Below, in pieces: positions 51,637-61,021 of a DNA stretch of 64,000 bases. The notes beneath the pieces were generated by a model, which saw only the letters and a program-made list of their open reading frames with translations, did no database searches and was not told where the DNA came from. Position 1 is the stretch's first letter, and the number at the start of each line of letters is the position of its first letter. Both the position numbers and the translations under genes were made by a program. The stretch comes from a virus (Duplodnaviria; Heunggongvirae; Uroviricota; Caudoviricetes): the IMG/VR virus record IMGVR_UViG_2799112330_000002, positions 64,001-128,000 of that record; one strand, written 5' to 3'.

Positions 51637-51885
51637 ATGAAGACACTTGAAGGCTATATAAATGAAATGCATATTGAAGATAATATATTGAAGAGAATAT
51701 ATTTTCATACTTGTATAGAATTCAAACTGCCACATAATCTTTATCCTTATATAGTTGAAAGCAATGGAAAGTTTGAGCAATTAGGCCCAAGACTAGTTTG
51801 TCAATATATAGACATGAATCTTAAAGAAGTATGTTTTGACAATAGTCTATTAGATGAAGAAACATATTGGGACAATTTAATATAA
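51637..51885 (+). CDS. putative internal head protein, leader MKTLEGYINE
   Basis: leader; TTATTTTTA motif at 51598. Confidence 0.6.
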   Translation: MKTLEGYINEMHIEDNILKRIYFHTCIEFKLPHNLYPYIVESNGKFEQLGPRLVCQYIDMNLKEVCFDNSLLDEETYWDNLI

Positions 51886-51911
51886 AAGAAAAATATATAT
51901 GGAAGAAATTT

Positions 51912-52712
51912 ATGAAAGTAATCAAACGTGATGGCACTCCTCAGGAATATTCGTTCATAAAGATTGCAGATGCTATAAGTAAAGCATTTGAATCAGTTGG
52001 ACAGGATGTTCCTGAAAAGTTTTTAGAACAAGTGAAAGACTCAGTTGAAAAGCTAATAATCAAAAACAATGGTCAAGGAACACCAATTGAAGAAATTCAA
52101 GATGTCATACAAAAGGAATTGATAAAAAGAAACAAATATGAAGTTGTAGAAGCATTCATAAACTATAGAAGAAAACGTGAAGAGATTCGTGAGCAGAAGA
52201 CCGACTTAATGAAGCAAATTCAGGAAAAACTTTCTGCAAGTAATGTCCAAAATCAGAACGCCAATCTAGATGAAGCTTCATTTGGCGGAAGACTTGGAGA
52301 GACTGCAGGAGCTGTTGCCAAGAATCTTGCATTGAAGAAAATGTCAAAACAGTCACGAAAGAATCATGATGACAATATGATATATGAGCATGATCTAGAC
52401 CATTTTATGACAGGAGACCATAATTGCTTAAGTATTCCATTTGATAAGTTATTAGCGGAAGGATTTAAGACAAGACAGACAGATGTTAGACCCGCTGGTT
52501 CAGTAAATACCGCAATGCAATTAGTAGCAGTAATTTTCCAATTACAAAGTCTTCAACAGTTTGGTGGTGTAGGTGCAACTCATATTGACTGGACAATGGT
52601 ACCTTATGTAAGAAAATCATTTATGAAACATTTTAAAGAAGGACTGAAATATTGTGAAGGAAAGACTGATGAAGAAATTGAAAAGATAATTAATGATATA
52701 TTAAAAGATTAA
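51912..52712 (+). CDS. nrdD: anaerobic ribonucleotide reductase NrdD, fragment 1 (ATP cone + N-terminal part)
   Basis: MKVIKRDG, NQNANLDE, IYEHDLD, HNCL, QSLQQFGG. Confidence 0.9.
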   Translation: MKVIKRDGTPQEYSFIKIADAISKAFESVGQDVPEKFLEQVKDSVEKLIIKNNGQGTPIEEIQDVIQKELIKRNKYEVVEAFINYRRKREEIREQKTDLMKQIQEKLSASNVQNQNANLDEASFGGRLGETAGAVAKNLALKKMSKQSRKNHDDNMIYEHDLDHFMTGDHNCLSIPFDKLLAEGFKTRQTDVRPAGSVNTAMQLVAVIFQLQSLQQFGGVGATHIDWTMVPYVRKSFMKHFKEGLKYCEGKTDEEIEKIINDILKD

Positions 52713-52713
52713 T

Positions 52714-52869
52714 ATGAAAAGATATAAGATACATTATAGAAAGAATAGTTTAGAAAATTGGACTGAATATGATAATGTAGTATATGAAGACTATTGTCTG
52801 GCTTATTATGTTATGAGAGATATTCAAGAGCAGTTTTCTAATTATTGTTTTGAAATATATGAAATATAA
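52714..52869 (+). CDS. small hypothetical protein (51 aa, MKRYKIHYRK...) between nrdD fragments
   Basis: manually translated; ATG one base after the fragment 1 stop. Confidence 0.5.
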   Translation: MKRYKIHYRKNSLENWTEYDNVVYEDYCLAYYVMRDIQEQFSNYCFEIYEI

Positions 52870-52887
52870 AAAAAAAATATATTATAT

Positions 52888-53124
52888 ATGAAAAGCTTTA
52901 AAAAATATATTAAAATAAATGAATCGGTCAAACCAGAAAATGGAAAAGACTGGGAAGTATATCTTGATGGTTCTTTAGACAATACTTTTACCGAATGGGC
53001 TAAGAAATGGAAGAAATATCCAAAAATAGGTAAAGGATGGTATGCCGGAGGAACTGTATTCAAGGTAGTAAAGATAGAAGACAATAAAGTATATGTTGAA
53101 GAAGATAAAAACTGCAAACCATAA
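52888..53124 (+). CDS. putative internal head protein, leader MKSFKKYIKINE
   Basis: leader variant. Confidence 0.6.
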   Translation: MKSFKKYIKINESVKPENGKDWEVYLDGSLDNTFTEWAKKWKKYPKIGKGWYAGGTVFKVVKIEDNKVYVEEDKNCKP

Positions 53125-53209
53125 AAATTTATAAAAAATAATGTGAAAATAAGTTGATTTCCAAAGCAAAAATGATTATTTTTAATTATAAAAATATGAA
53201 TTATAAAAT

Positions 53210-54526
53210 ATGTTAAAAGAAGAAATATTAACTATATTTAAACAAAAAAATATAATATCTTCAAATAATAAAAAACATTTTTGTTGGAAGAAATATTGGG
53301 ATTTGGAAGCAGAACAAATATTTAATGAGTTTAAACAAAATTATAGAACTGATAAAGAAGCATGGTTTTGTCTTTTACATAATATTGAACCATACCATTG
53401 TGAGATATGTGGTGAATTAGCAAAATTTACAGGAAATATAAAATCTAAAATTATTGGATATAATACAACATGTGAAAATCATTCTCCAAATCAAGTTAAA
53501 AATAAATTAGAAAAATTTTCACAAACAATTAGTAATCATACTGATAATGATAGAAAAAAAATATTAGAAAAACGCAAAAAAACTAATTTAGAAAAATATG
53601 GAGATGAAAACTATACTTTATTTGGATCTGATAGTTTTAAGCAAACTTTAAAAGAAAAATATGGAAATGAACATTATAATAATAGAGAAAAATTTAAAGA
53701 AACATGTTTAGAAAAATATGGAGTTACATGCAATTTATCATTAAATTCTTCAGAAAGAAATAAAAAAATATGGGATGAAAAATATGATAAAATCATTAAT
53801 AAAATTAAACAAACAAATTTAGCTAATTTAGGAGTAGAATTTATAGGACAATCTAAAGAAATAATTGATAAAATTGTTAATACTAAAAAGAATAATGTTT
53901 TAAATATAGAAAAAACTTATAATTGTACTCAACAACGAAAATTATTTCAAAAATATGGGCAGGGGTGGAAATCTTTACATTTAGATAAAATTATTATACA
54001 TGGTAGAAAATTTATATCAAATGAATATATTCCGCTAATAGAAAAATATTTTAATGAATGTCATCATACAAATCAATTTACGTCTAAAGGAGAAAAAGAA
54101 CTATTAAAATATATAAAATCAATATATTCAGGTATTGTACTAGAAAATGTTACAAATATAGTTGCAAACAATAATTATAGATATTATGAATTAGATATAT
54201 ATTTACCTGAAAAAAATATAGCATTTGAATTTAATGGTATATATTGGCATTCAATAAATTATAAAGATAAATTTTATCATCAAAGAAAAACATTATTATG
54301 TTATGCTCAAAATGTACAATTAATACATATATGGGAAAATGAATGGTTAAATAAGCAAGATCAAATAAAACAACAAATAAAAGAATTACTAAATGGTCAA
54401 GATTGTTCAAAATATAATTGGATATCTGTTAATGATTATTCTAATTATATTTTATCTGAACCAGAAGAAATACATGTAGGAAATTTAACAATATTTAATG
54501 AAGGAAAATTTATTAAAAATATATAA
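53210..54526 (+). CDS. free-standing homing-endonuclease-like protein (Vsr/DUF559-like C-terminal nuclease, KYG repeats)
   Basis: CEICG, repeated T[NC]LEKYG, SKGEKE, LDIYLPEKNIAFEFNGIYWH. Confidence 0.75.
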   Translation: MLKEEILTIFKQKNIISSNNKKHFCWKKYWDLEAEQIFNEFKQNYRTDKEAWFCLLHNIEPYHCEICGELAKFTGNIKSKIIGYNTTCENHSPNQVKNKLEKFSQTISNHTDNDRKKILEKRKKTNLEKYGDENYTLFGSDSFKQTLKEKYGNEHYNNREKFKETCLEKYGVTCNLSLNSSERNKKIWDEKYDKIINKIKQTNLANLGVEFIGQSKEIIDKIVNTKKNNVLNIEKTYNCTQQRKLFQKYGQGWKSLHLDKIIIHGRKFISNEYIPLIEKYFNECHHTNQFTSKGEKELLKYIKSIYSGIVLENVTNIVANNNYRYYELDIYLPEKNIAFEFNGIYWHSINYKDKFYHQRKTLLCYAQNVQLIHIWENEWLNKQDQIKQQIKELLNGQDCSKYNWISVNDYSNYILSEPEEIHVGNLTIFNEGKFIKNI

Positions 54527-54536
54527 AGTAAAATAT

Positions 54537-55438
54537 ATGAATGTAACAGATATTGAAATTACAGATTCCAAGTATAAACAATATAAAAATGCTTGGAATT
54601 ATGCTATGGATATGACTGAAAAAGAAATCCATCAAGCAGTTGAAGGAATGTATCACAACTTAAATACTTTGCAGTTGAATAAAAAATTTAATATGGCTGC
54701 CTAACTATATAATACATAAATAGTTATGAAAAAATGAGCAAAATCGGTAGCAGTTGGAATTAAGTTTCCGAGAGATAAGGTTAAATAACGAATAAGCTGC
54801 AGAAGAAAACCTAAGGTCCAAACATATATTTGGATAGCTGGTAATACCGAGGTAAATTTATAGATTACGAAAGGCTATAAATCACCGTAGAGCGTAGGAA
54901 ATGAATAAATATAATTTTCCCAAGAGTGCTCATCATCTTAGTTATTAAAAGATGAAAATGTACGCCGAACTTATGGAGAAATTACATAAGAAGTTAAGAT
55001 AAAAAGCTTAGCGATAACAAATTTGCAAGGAGTGGGAATCAGCTCCCGTTCACCAGTATCAATTATGGAACCTGTCCATTAGAAGCTGGACGTATGGTTA
55101 CTAAAGCATTGTTAGAAGTATCTATGGAGGGATTAGGCAATAATGGAGTAACATCAATTTTTCCATGTGGAATCTTCCAATATAAGAAAGGAATTAATGA
55201 CAAACCCGGAACACCAAACTATGACTTAAAGAGACTAGCATTAAAATCAACATCAATGAGAATATATCCAAATTATTGTAACGCTGACTGGACAAATAAT
55301 GCTAATGCACTAAAACAAGACAGAAAACAAAAGCAAGAATATATTGATTCATTGTCTGAAAAAGAATACGCAAAACTAGTGGAAGTTTTAGAACAAAATC
55401 CTAATGTTGCAGAAAAACTTGGATTAGAATTAGAATAA
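54537..55438 (+). CDS. nrdD: NrdD fragment 2, spliced: exon 54537-54675 + exon 55026-55438 (183 aa)
   Basis: splicing restores HNLNTLQ-SRSGNQLPFTSINYGTC; TSIFPCGIF, RIYPNY. Confidence 0.88.
54676..55025 (+). ncRNA. group I intron (350 nt, no internal ORF)
   Basis: exon ends in U of a P1 U.G pair (GCAGU with GCUGC), intron ends in G, P7 GCGUA/UACGC within R-like CGUAGAGCGUA and S-like AAAUGUACGCCG; splicing restores the frame. Confidence 0.88.
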
Positions 55439-55461
55439 TGATTAATGAATAATATTACAAT

Positions 55462-55635
55462 ATGAAAACAACAGATAAAAATTTGCATATAATAGCAAAA
55501 AGAATATCTTATAAAGTAAATGAAGAAGACATAAAGACAATTATTCCTATTATTATGCCATATAGTTTACATACAATTGGAATTATGACTTTAGGAAACT
55601 ATAATGATGACAAAAAATACAAAAGAAATATATAA
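55462..55635 (+). CDS. small hypothetical protein (57 aa, MKTTDKNLH...) between nrdD fragments 2 and 3
   Basis: manually translated; fills the gap. Confidence 0.4.
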   Translation: MKTTDKNLHIIAKRISYKVNEEDIKTIIPIIMPYSLHTIGIMTLGNYNDDKKYKRNI

Positions 55636-55647
55636 AGACATAAAGAT

Positions 55648-56814
55648 ATGAAGAAAATCAAAGTTAGTTTAGAAGAACGACCTATTGAATTATTTAACAC
55701 TATGGGGTGCCGCACGGTCAATTTATTAGATATAAATGCATTAGATAATTTCAAACAAAATATACAAAATGTCATTAATGGAGAATTCAACAAGATTGAT
55801 GATGTTTTCTCCGCTATTCAGAAAGATGGACGTGGAAATATATGCCCAGTAACTATCATATTACCTACTCTTGCTGCAATGACAAGAAGAAAACTTGAAA
55901 AGAAAGAACAGTTTGACAATAAAGAACTAGTATGGGAAGAATTCATGAAGTTAGTAGACAAGAAAATACATGAAGCAAAAGACATGTTATTAGAAAGATT
56001 CAACCATATCTGTTCACAATCACCAAAGTCTGCAAGATTTATGTATGAAAATAATACAATGTCGGGGTATCATAAAAATGAAGGAATCATATCAGCATTG
56101 AAGCATGGAACACTTGTAATAGGTCAAATCGGTATGTCTGAAACTTTATATCTTTTGTTTGGATTTGATCATACTACAGAAAAGGGAATGGAATATGCAA
56201 AACAGATTGAACAACTTTGGTTAGACAGAACATCAGAATTTAAGAAAGAATATAAACTAAACTTTGGAGTCTATTATACACCAGCAGAGAATCTTTGCTT
56301 CACTTCATTCAACAAATTTAGAAAAGCATTTCCTGAATATGACTTAGAAGGTGTCACTTATTTTGTTGATTCTAATGGAGAAAAGAACTACAAAAAATAT
56401 TTCACTAATTCTATTCATGTACCAGTATATTATAATTGCGATGTATTCAATAAGATTGATATAGAAAGTCAACTCACAGGTTATTCAAACGCCGGGTGCA
56501 TCACTTATGTAGAGTTAGACAGTACATGCTATAATAATATAGATGCTATTGAAAAGATTGTTGACTATGCTATGGATAAAGACATTCCTTACTTTGCATT
56601 GAACATACCATTGAACAGATGTGCAGAATGCGGTGAGCCTATCTATGATGAAGCATTGACAGAATGTCCAAAATGTGGTTGTGACAAGATAACAAGGCTT
56701 GGACGAATAACTGGCTATCTTTCTACAACTGTGGAACATTTCAATAAAGGAAAGCAAAAAGAATTCAAAGATAGAGTTGATCATATAGGACAAAGTATAT
56801 TTAGTGATTGTTGA
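55648..56814 (+). CDS. nrdD: NrdD fragment 3 (catalytic Cys, Zn ribbon, glycyl-radical loop)
   Basis: TMGCRT, KDGRGNICPVT, YYTPAENLC, YFTNSIH, CAECG...CPKCG, RITGYL. Confidence 0.92.
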   Translation: MKKIKVSLEERPIELFNTMGCRTVNLLDINALDNFKQNIQNVINGEFNKIDDVFSAIQKDGRGNICPVTIILPTLAAMTRRKLEKKEQFDNKELVWEEFMKLVDKKIHEAKDMLLERFNHICSQSPKSARFMYENNTMSGYHKNEGIISALKHGTLVIGQIGMSETLYLLFGFDHTTEKGMEYAKQIEQLWLDRTSEFKKEYKLNFGVYYTPAENLCFTSFNKFRKAFPEYDLEGVTYFVDSNGEKNYKKYFTNSIHVPVYYNCDVFNKIDIESQLTGYSNAGCITYVELDSTCYNNIDAIEKIVDYAMDKDIPYFALNIPLNRCAECGEPIYDEALTECPKCGCDKITRLGRITGYLSTTVEHFNKGKQKEFKDRVDHIGQSIFSDC

Positions 56815-57008
56815 TAGATTATGAAAAGAATTATTGGAGAAACTATCTATATGTCATATGTCTTGATTGTAAGCTTGATTGGGATTTTCTTTACATTCAA
56901 AAAATAATACATGTTTAACAGAAAGAAACTGTTTTTGAACAATTAGAAACTAAAATAATTATTTTTAATTATAAAATACTCAATTAATTACAAGTTTATA
57001 ATATTATT

Positions 57009-57695
57009 ATGTTAACTATTCCTATTTTCATTACGGCTAGAGGCAATGACAAGAATACGTTTGCTAAAAATAAAGAAGCATTGAAGTTTTCTTATTTGTT
57101 TATAAGGGATCAGAATCTTTTTGATCAGACGTATATCATATCGGACAACAAAGATATGCTTAACTATGCATTAAAGATAGGCTTCAAACATATAATCCAT
57201 TATCCATGTGGATCTAAGAAAGACCTTAAATATCTAGAATATTTTGCTACATATAGATTTGCTGTTGATAATGACTATAGACCTGATTGGATCATATTAT
57301 TAAATATCAATCAATTGTTTAAAGACAATTCATTATTGATAAACTGTATAAATAATATTGATGACAAATACAATGTTGTAGCATCTTATACAGAAATATC
57401 AAATAGAAGCCATTTCTTTATTAATGATGATATGGAACTTAATAAGACTGATGAGCATCTACTATCAAGTGAATATCATAGAGTACGGATGATAGATGCT
57501 GCTATATATGCAGTAAAGACAACATTTGCTTTTGAATGTATGGAATATGATGATCCTTCTGAACATTTCTGGTCAACAAAGATAAAGTATTTCAAGAATA
57601 AGTCATTGTTTACAGACATATATGAAATTGCTGACATAAACAAATATTATACAGTAGGAGATGTAATTAATGAAGTAAAGATGATTGAAGACTAA
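57009..57695 (+). CDS. CMP-sialic acid/KDO synthetase-like cytidylyltransferase fold protein
   Basis: IFITARG...KN, IILLN, DAAIYA, DIYEIADI. Confidence 0.6.
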   Translation: MLTIPIFITARGNDKNTFAKNKEALKFSYLFIRDQNLFDQTYIISDNKDMLNYALKIGFKHIIHYPCGSKKDLKYLEYFATYRFAVDNDYRPDWIILLNINQLFKDNSLLINCINNIDDKYNVVASYTEISNRSHFFINDDMELNKTDEHLLSSEYHRVRMIDAAIYAVKTTFAFECMEYDDPSEHFWSTKIKYFKNKSLFTDIYEIADINKYYTVGDVINEVKMIED

Positions 57696-57699
57696 TTAT

Positions 57700-57779
57700 A
57701 CAAAAAATGGTCAACTTGTTTCTCAACAAATCAACCATTGTATAAACAATTAAAATTCAAAAATTATTAACAACTTACA
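57700..57779 (-). ncRNA. candidate small non-coding RNA
   Basis: minus-strand promoter at 57785-57812, no ORF, then a 15-bp stem with GAGA tetraloop and U-run. Confidence 0.45.
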
Positions 57780-57816
57780 ATAATAATATAGTTTAATTAG
57801 AGAAAAATTCAAAATA

Positions 57817-57847
57817 AAAATGAGAAATTCTTAGAATTTCTCATTTT
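57817..57847. terminator. intrinsic terminator of the minus-strand gene 57880-58656
   Basis: AAAATGAGAAATTC-TTA-GAATTTCTCATTTT. Confidence 0.75.
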
Positions 57848-57879
57848 GTTTTTATATATGATTATTTATACTTTCTTTT

Positions 57880-58656
57880 TTATTTTGTATACTTATATCT
57901 AAGATTAAGTATTGATGTAAGTTCTGCAACTTGTATATGTAATTGGTTCAGGTTAAGATGTTCAATAGAATTCTCTTTCTTGTATTCTAGTACAAATAGA
58001 CCAACTAACATATTGTTCTTGTCATACATTCCAGTATATATGATTGTCTCACTTAAGTCTTCTTTAAGTAATGCATATAAACTTGGACTGTTTTGTTGTA
58101 GATCATCAATATTATATATTACTTGTTGGTTTTCAGCTTGTTTCAATTCATTTACTACATAAGATAAAGAGCTAATAGACAAGTTTCTGCATTTGAATTG
58201 TAATGGTGACAATCCTTTATCAAACCATTCATAGAAACAAGAATATCTTGGGAAAGGAATACCAGACAAATTTTCTCCAGAGTTATGAAAAGAAAGAACA
58301 AAAGCACGTTGAGCATTATGTATATTCATTATGTCTTTGAGCGTCATATTGATCTCTTCTGACAATTCCATTTTCTTATTAAGCATGACATTATGATTCT
58401 CTTGCCTAGATATGTCTTTCTTTATTATATAGTCTACTAATTGTTTTTGTTGATCTATAATAGTATTTGTGAGCTTGTCATTTTGCTCGGACATTTTGTT
58501 TACTAGATTTTCACCAACTTTATCTAAACCATTGGTTACATCTTTAGTGATCTTTTTTGAGATATGTTTACTTATTAAATATAAGACAATGCAGATAACA
58601 ATTCCAAGTAATCCCCACCATCCGTAAAGTTTGAAAATTTCAAAAAGTACAGTCAT
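57880..58656 (-). CDS. membrane-anchored coiled-coil + GAF-like protein (possibly holin-related)
   Basis: N-terminal TM, coiled coil, AQRAFVLSFHNSG, VGLFVLEY. Confidence 0.55.
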   Translation of the reverse strand: MTVLFEIFKLYGWWGLLGIVICIVLYLISKHISKKITKDVTNGLDKVGENLVNKMSEQNDKLTNTIIDQQKQLVDYIIKKDISRQENHNVMLNKKMELSEEINMTLKDIMNIHNAQRAFVLSFHNSGENLSGIPFPRYSCFYEWFDKGLSPLQFKCRNLSISSLSYVVNELKQAENQQVIYNIDDLQQNSPSLYALLKEDLSETIIYTGMYDKNNMLVGLFVLEYKKENSIEHLNLNQLHIQVAELTSILNLRYKYTK

Positions 58657-58989
58657 ATTTGTAATATTCTACATATAATTAATCATTGAATGATATATAT
58701 TAAAAATAAAAATTACCTCATTGGATAATTATTATACTTACTATATATTATCCTTATTTTATTTGCCTCCGTTCATATTTTAATGTCTTGAGCTCATAAA
58801 ACATTATGATCATTATGATGATAAAACATTAAAAAAATATTATTTATCTAATTAAAAATAAAACAAAAAATGTGACTATTTTTATTATATATAATATGTT
58901 GGGAAATCTACCCTAATTGATTGTCAGCATACGTTAGATACTTACTATTTTTTTATTTTTAATTATATCAAATATACATATATATAGAG

Positions 58990-59481
58990 GTGAATATGCT
59001 TAGAATTGTAGACATAACTGCTCCAGACATCAATAATGGAAATGGTATTAGAGTGACCTTATGGGTTGCGGGTTGTAAACATCATTGCAAAGGCTGTCAT
59101 AATCCTTGGACATGGAACTTTGATCAGGGAAAGTCTTGGTATTATGAAAAAGAATATATAAAGAAAAAATTGTCAGAATGGCTTTCGAAAGACTATGTTG
59201 AAGGTTTGACATTATCTGGAGGAGACCCATTATGCCAAGATATAGCAGGATTGCATGAGATAGTTGAAATTATTGGTTGGGTGCGAGAAACATTCCCTAC
59301 AAAAACTATCTGGCTTTATACTGGATATGTATATGAAGATCTTACTGATCTTAAAAAAGAAATTGCTAATTCAGTTGATGTATTAGTTGATGGTCCTTAT
59401 GTAGAAGAACTAAGAGACATTGCTCATACACCATTCAGAGGAAGCACAAACCAAAGACTTATTTATATGAAAGAAAAATAA
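58990..59481 (+). CDS. nrdG: anaerobic RNR activating enzyme
   Basis: NGNGIRVTLWVAGC, CxxxCxxC, LSGGDP, DVLVDG, RGSTNQR. Confidence 0.93.
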   Translation: MNMLRIVDITAPDINNGNGIRVTLWVAGCKHHCKGCHNPWTWNFDQGKSWYYEKEYIKKKLSEWLSKDYVEGLTLSGGDPLCQDIAGLHEIVEIIGWVRETFPTKTIWLYTGYVYEDLTDLKKEIANSVDVLVDGPYVEELRDIAHTPFRGSTNQRLIYMKEK

Positions 59482-59500
59482 TAATGATATATAGAGACAA

Positions 59501-59971
59501 ATGAAGAAGACAAACATATTAGTAGTATTTGACTATGGAGATACTCCTGATTCCAAATATGTACAAGAACTTAATAACGTATTGAACAAGAACAAATACA
59601 ATATCATATCAGAATATTATGCCCAATACAGTCCTAAAGAAGCTAAGACAGATATTGAAAACATTTCAAGGGAAAAGAAGATTGATATCTATGTAGGTAT
59701 TGGACTTGGTGGATATATTTTGACTTTATTAGATAATGATTTCAAGAAGATATTGATAGATCCTATATTTGATCCTGAGACAGAACTTAAAGACATTCCT
59801 GCTCATGTAATTGATTTCTATAAGAAAGACAAAATAGAAATGAAGAACAAAAACATTATAACTATGTTTATTGATAAAATCCCTAATGGATATAAAGATA
59901 TAACAGATGTGGCTAATATTCATGAAGAAGACATCTACAAGACTATAAAGAACATAATAGAAAAATCATAA
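59501..59971 (+). CDS. YqiA/YcfP-like alpha/beta-hydrolase fold protein, nucleophile apparently lost
   Basis: VGIGLGGY in place of GxSxG; KILIDP. Confidence 0.5.
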   Translation: MKKTNILVVFDYGDTPDSKYVQELNNVLNKNKYNIISEYYAQYSPKEAKTDIENISREKKIDIYVGIGLGGYILTLLDNDFKKILIDPIFDPETELKDIPAHVIDFYKKDKIEMKNKNIITMFIDKIPNGYKDITDVANIHEEDIYKTIKNIIEKS

Positions 59972-60007
59972 AATTATTTTTAATAAAATATAAATATATA
60001 CAAGAAT

Positions 60008-60319
60008 ATGAAGAATATAACAGAAAAAATATATGAAAATCAGCATTCATTATTTGGTGAAATTCAAAATGAAATAGAAAAGAATGCAGCATATCAGTCT
60101 TTTGACTATTCAGCAGGTTCTAAAAAATATAAGAATGGATTTATGATGTATAATAAAGATCAGGAATTTGTTTCTATAGTTGCATTCAATAAATATACTG
60201 ATCTTAATGAATTATTTGGTAATGATATTGACTATAAAGCACTAGAATCATTGAAGCCTGGTGAATATAGTGATATTGATGAACATGACTCTATTTGCAA
60301 ATATATTAAGATATGGTAA
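60008..60319 (+). CDS. putative internal head protein, leader MKNITEKIYE
   Basis: leader variant; C-terminus (SLKPGEY) resembles ORFs 13316 and 14691. Confidence 0.6.
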   Translation: MKNITEKIYENQHSLFGEIQNEIEKNAAYQSFDYSAGSKKYKNGFMMYNKDQEFVSIVAFNKYTDLNELFGNDIDYKALESLKPGEYSDIDEHDSICKYIKIW

Positions 60320-60327
60320 AATAGTTT

Positions 60328-61002
60328 ATGAAGAAACTAAATCAGTTTATAACAGAAAAGTTTAGACTTTCAAAAGACAATCTTAATTCTAAATATAACT
60401 ATTTCCCAGAAACAAGAGATGAACTAAGAGATTTAATTGATAAATTAATTAAAGAAAGAGGTAATGATGCAGATCTTAATGATATAGATACTTCTAAGAT
60501 TACAGATATGTCTTTTTTATTTAGTGATTCTAAGTTTAATGGAGATATATCTGAATGGGATGTAAGTAATGTTGAAAATATGGAAAGTATGTTTGATAAA
60601 TCCATTTTTAACGGAGATATATCTGGATGGGATGTTAGTAATGTTAAGTACATGGACTGGATGTTTTCTGACTCATACTTTAATGGGGATATATCTAGTT
60701 GGAACGTTACAAATGTTACTAATATGTTTGCAATGTTTTATCTGTCAAAATTTAATGAAGATATATCTAATTGGAATGTTAGTAATGTTAAAAATATGGG
60801 TAGTATGTTTGAAAACTGTATTTTTAACGGAGATATCTCTCAATGGGATGTTAGCAATGTTAAGAATATGCAAGAAATGTTTTATAATTCTAAATTCAAT
60901 GGAGACATATCTCAATGGAATGTAAGTAATGTTGAAAAAATGAATGATATATTTCGAAGTTGTCCATTAGAACAGAATCCACCCAAATGGTATAAAAAAT
61001 AA
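60328..61002 (+). CDS. DUF285/BspA-type LRR repeat protein with leader MKKLNQFITE, copy 1
   Basis: 22-aa repeats FNGDISxWxVSNVxxMxxMF. Confidence 0.85.
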   Translation: MKKLNQFITEKFRLSKDNLNSKYNYFPETRDELRDLIDKLIKERGNDADLNDIDTSKITDMSFLFSDSKFNGDISEWDVSNVENMESMFDKSIFNGDISGWDVSNVKYMDWMFSDSYFNGDISSWNVTNVTNMFAMFYLSKFNEDISNWNVSNVKNMGSMFENCIFNGDISQWDVSNVKNMQEMFYNSKFNGDISQWNVSNVEKMNDIFRSCPLEQNPPKWYKK

Positions 61003-61021
61003 CATAAACTAATATATATAT

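Noticed and set aside
52713-54536. A group I or II intron or an intein spanning the first nrdD gap (likewise 55439-55647)
   Set aside because: No recognisable P7/R/S elements, group II ends or intein termini; the gaps are filled with ORFs and AT-rich spacers. RT-PCR would be needed to exclude it fully.
51912-56814. Stop-codon recoding (as in Lak and some crAss-like phages) as the cause of nrdD fragmentation
   Set aside because: Fragments 1 and 2 end in TAA, the gaps hold unrelated ORFs, and very long genes read through in the standard code.
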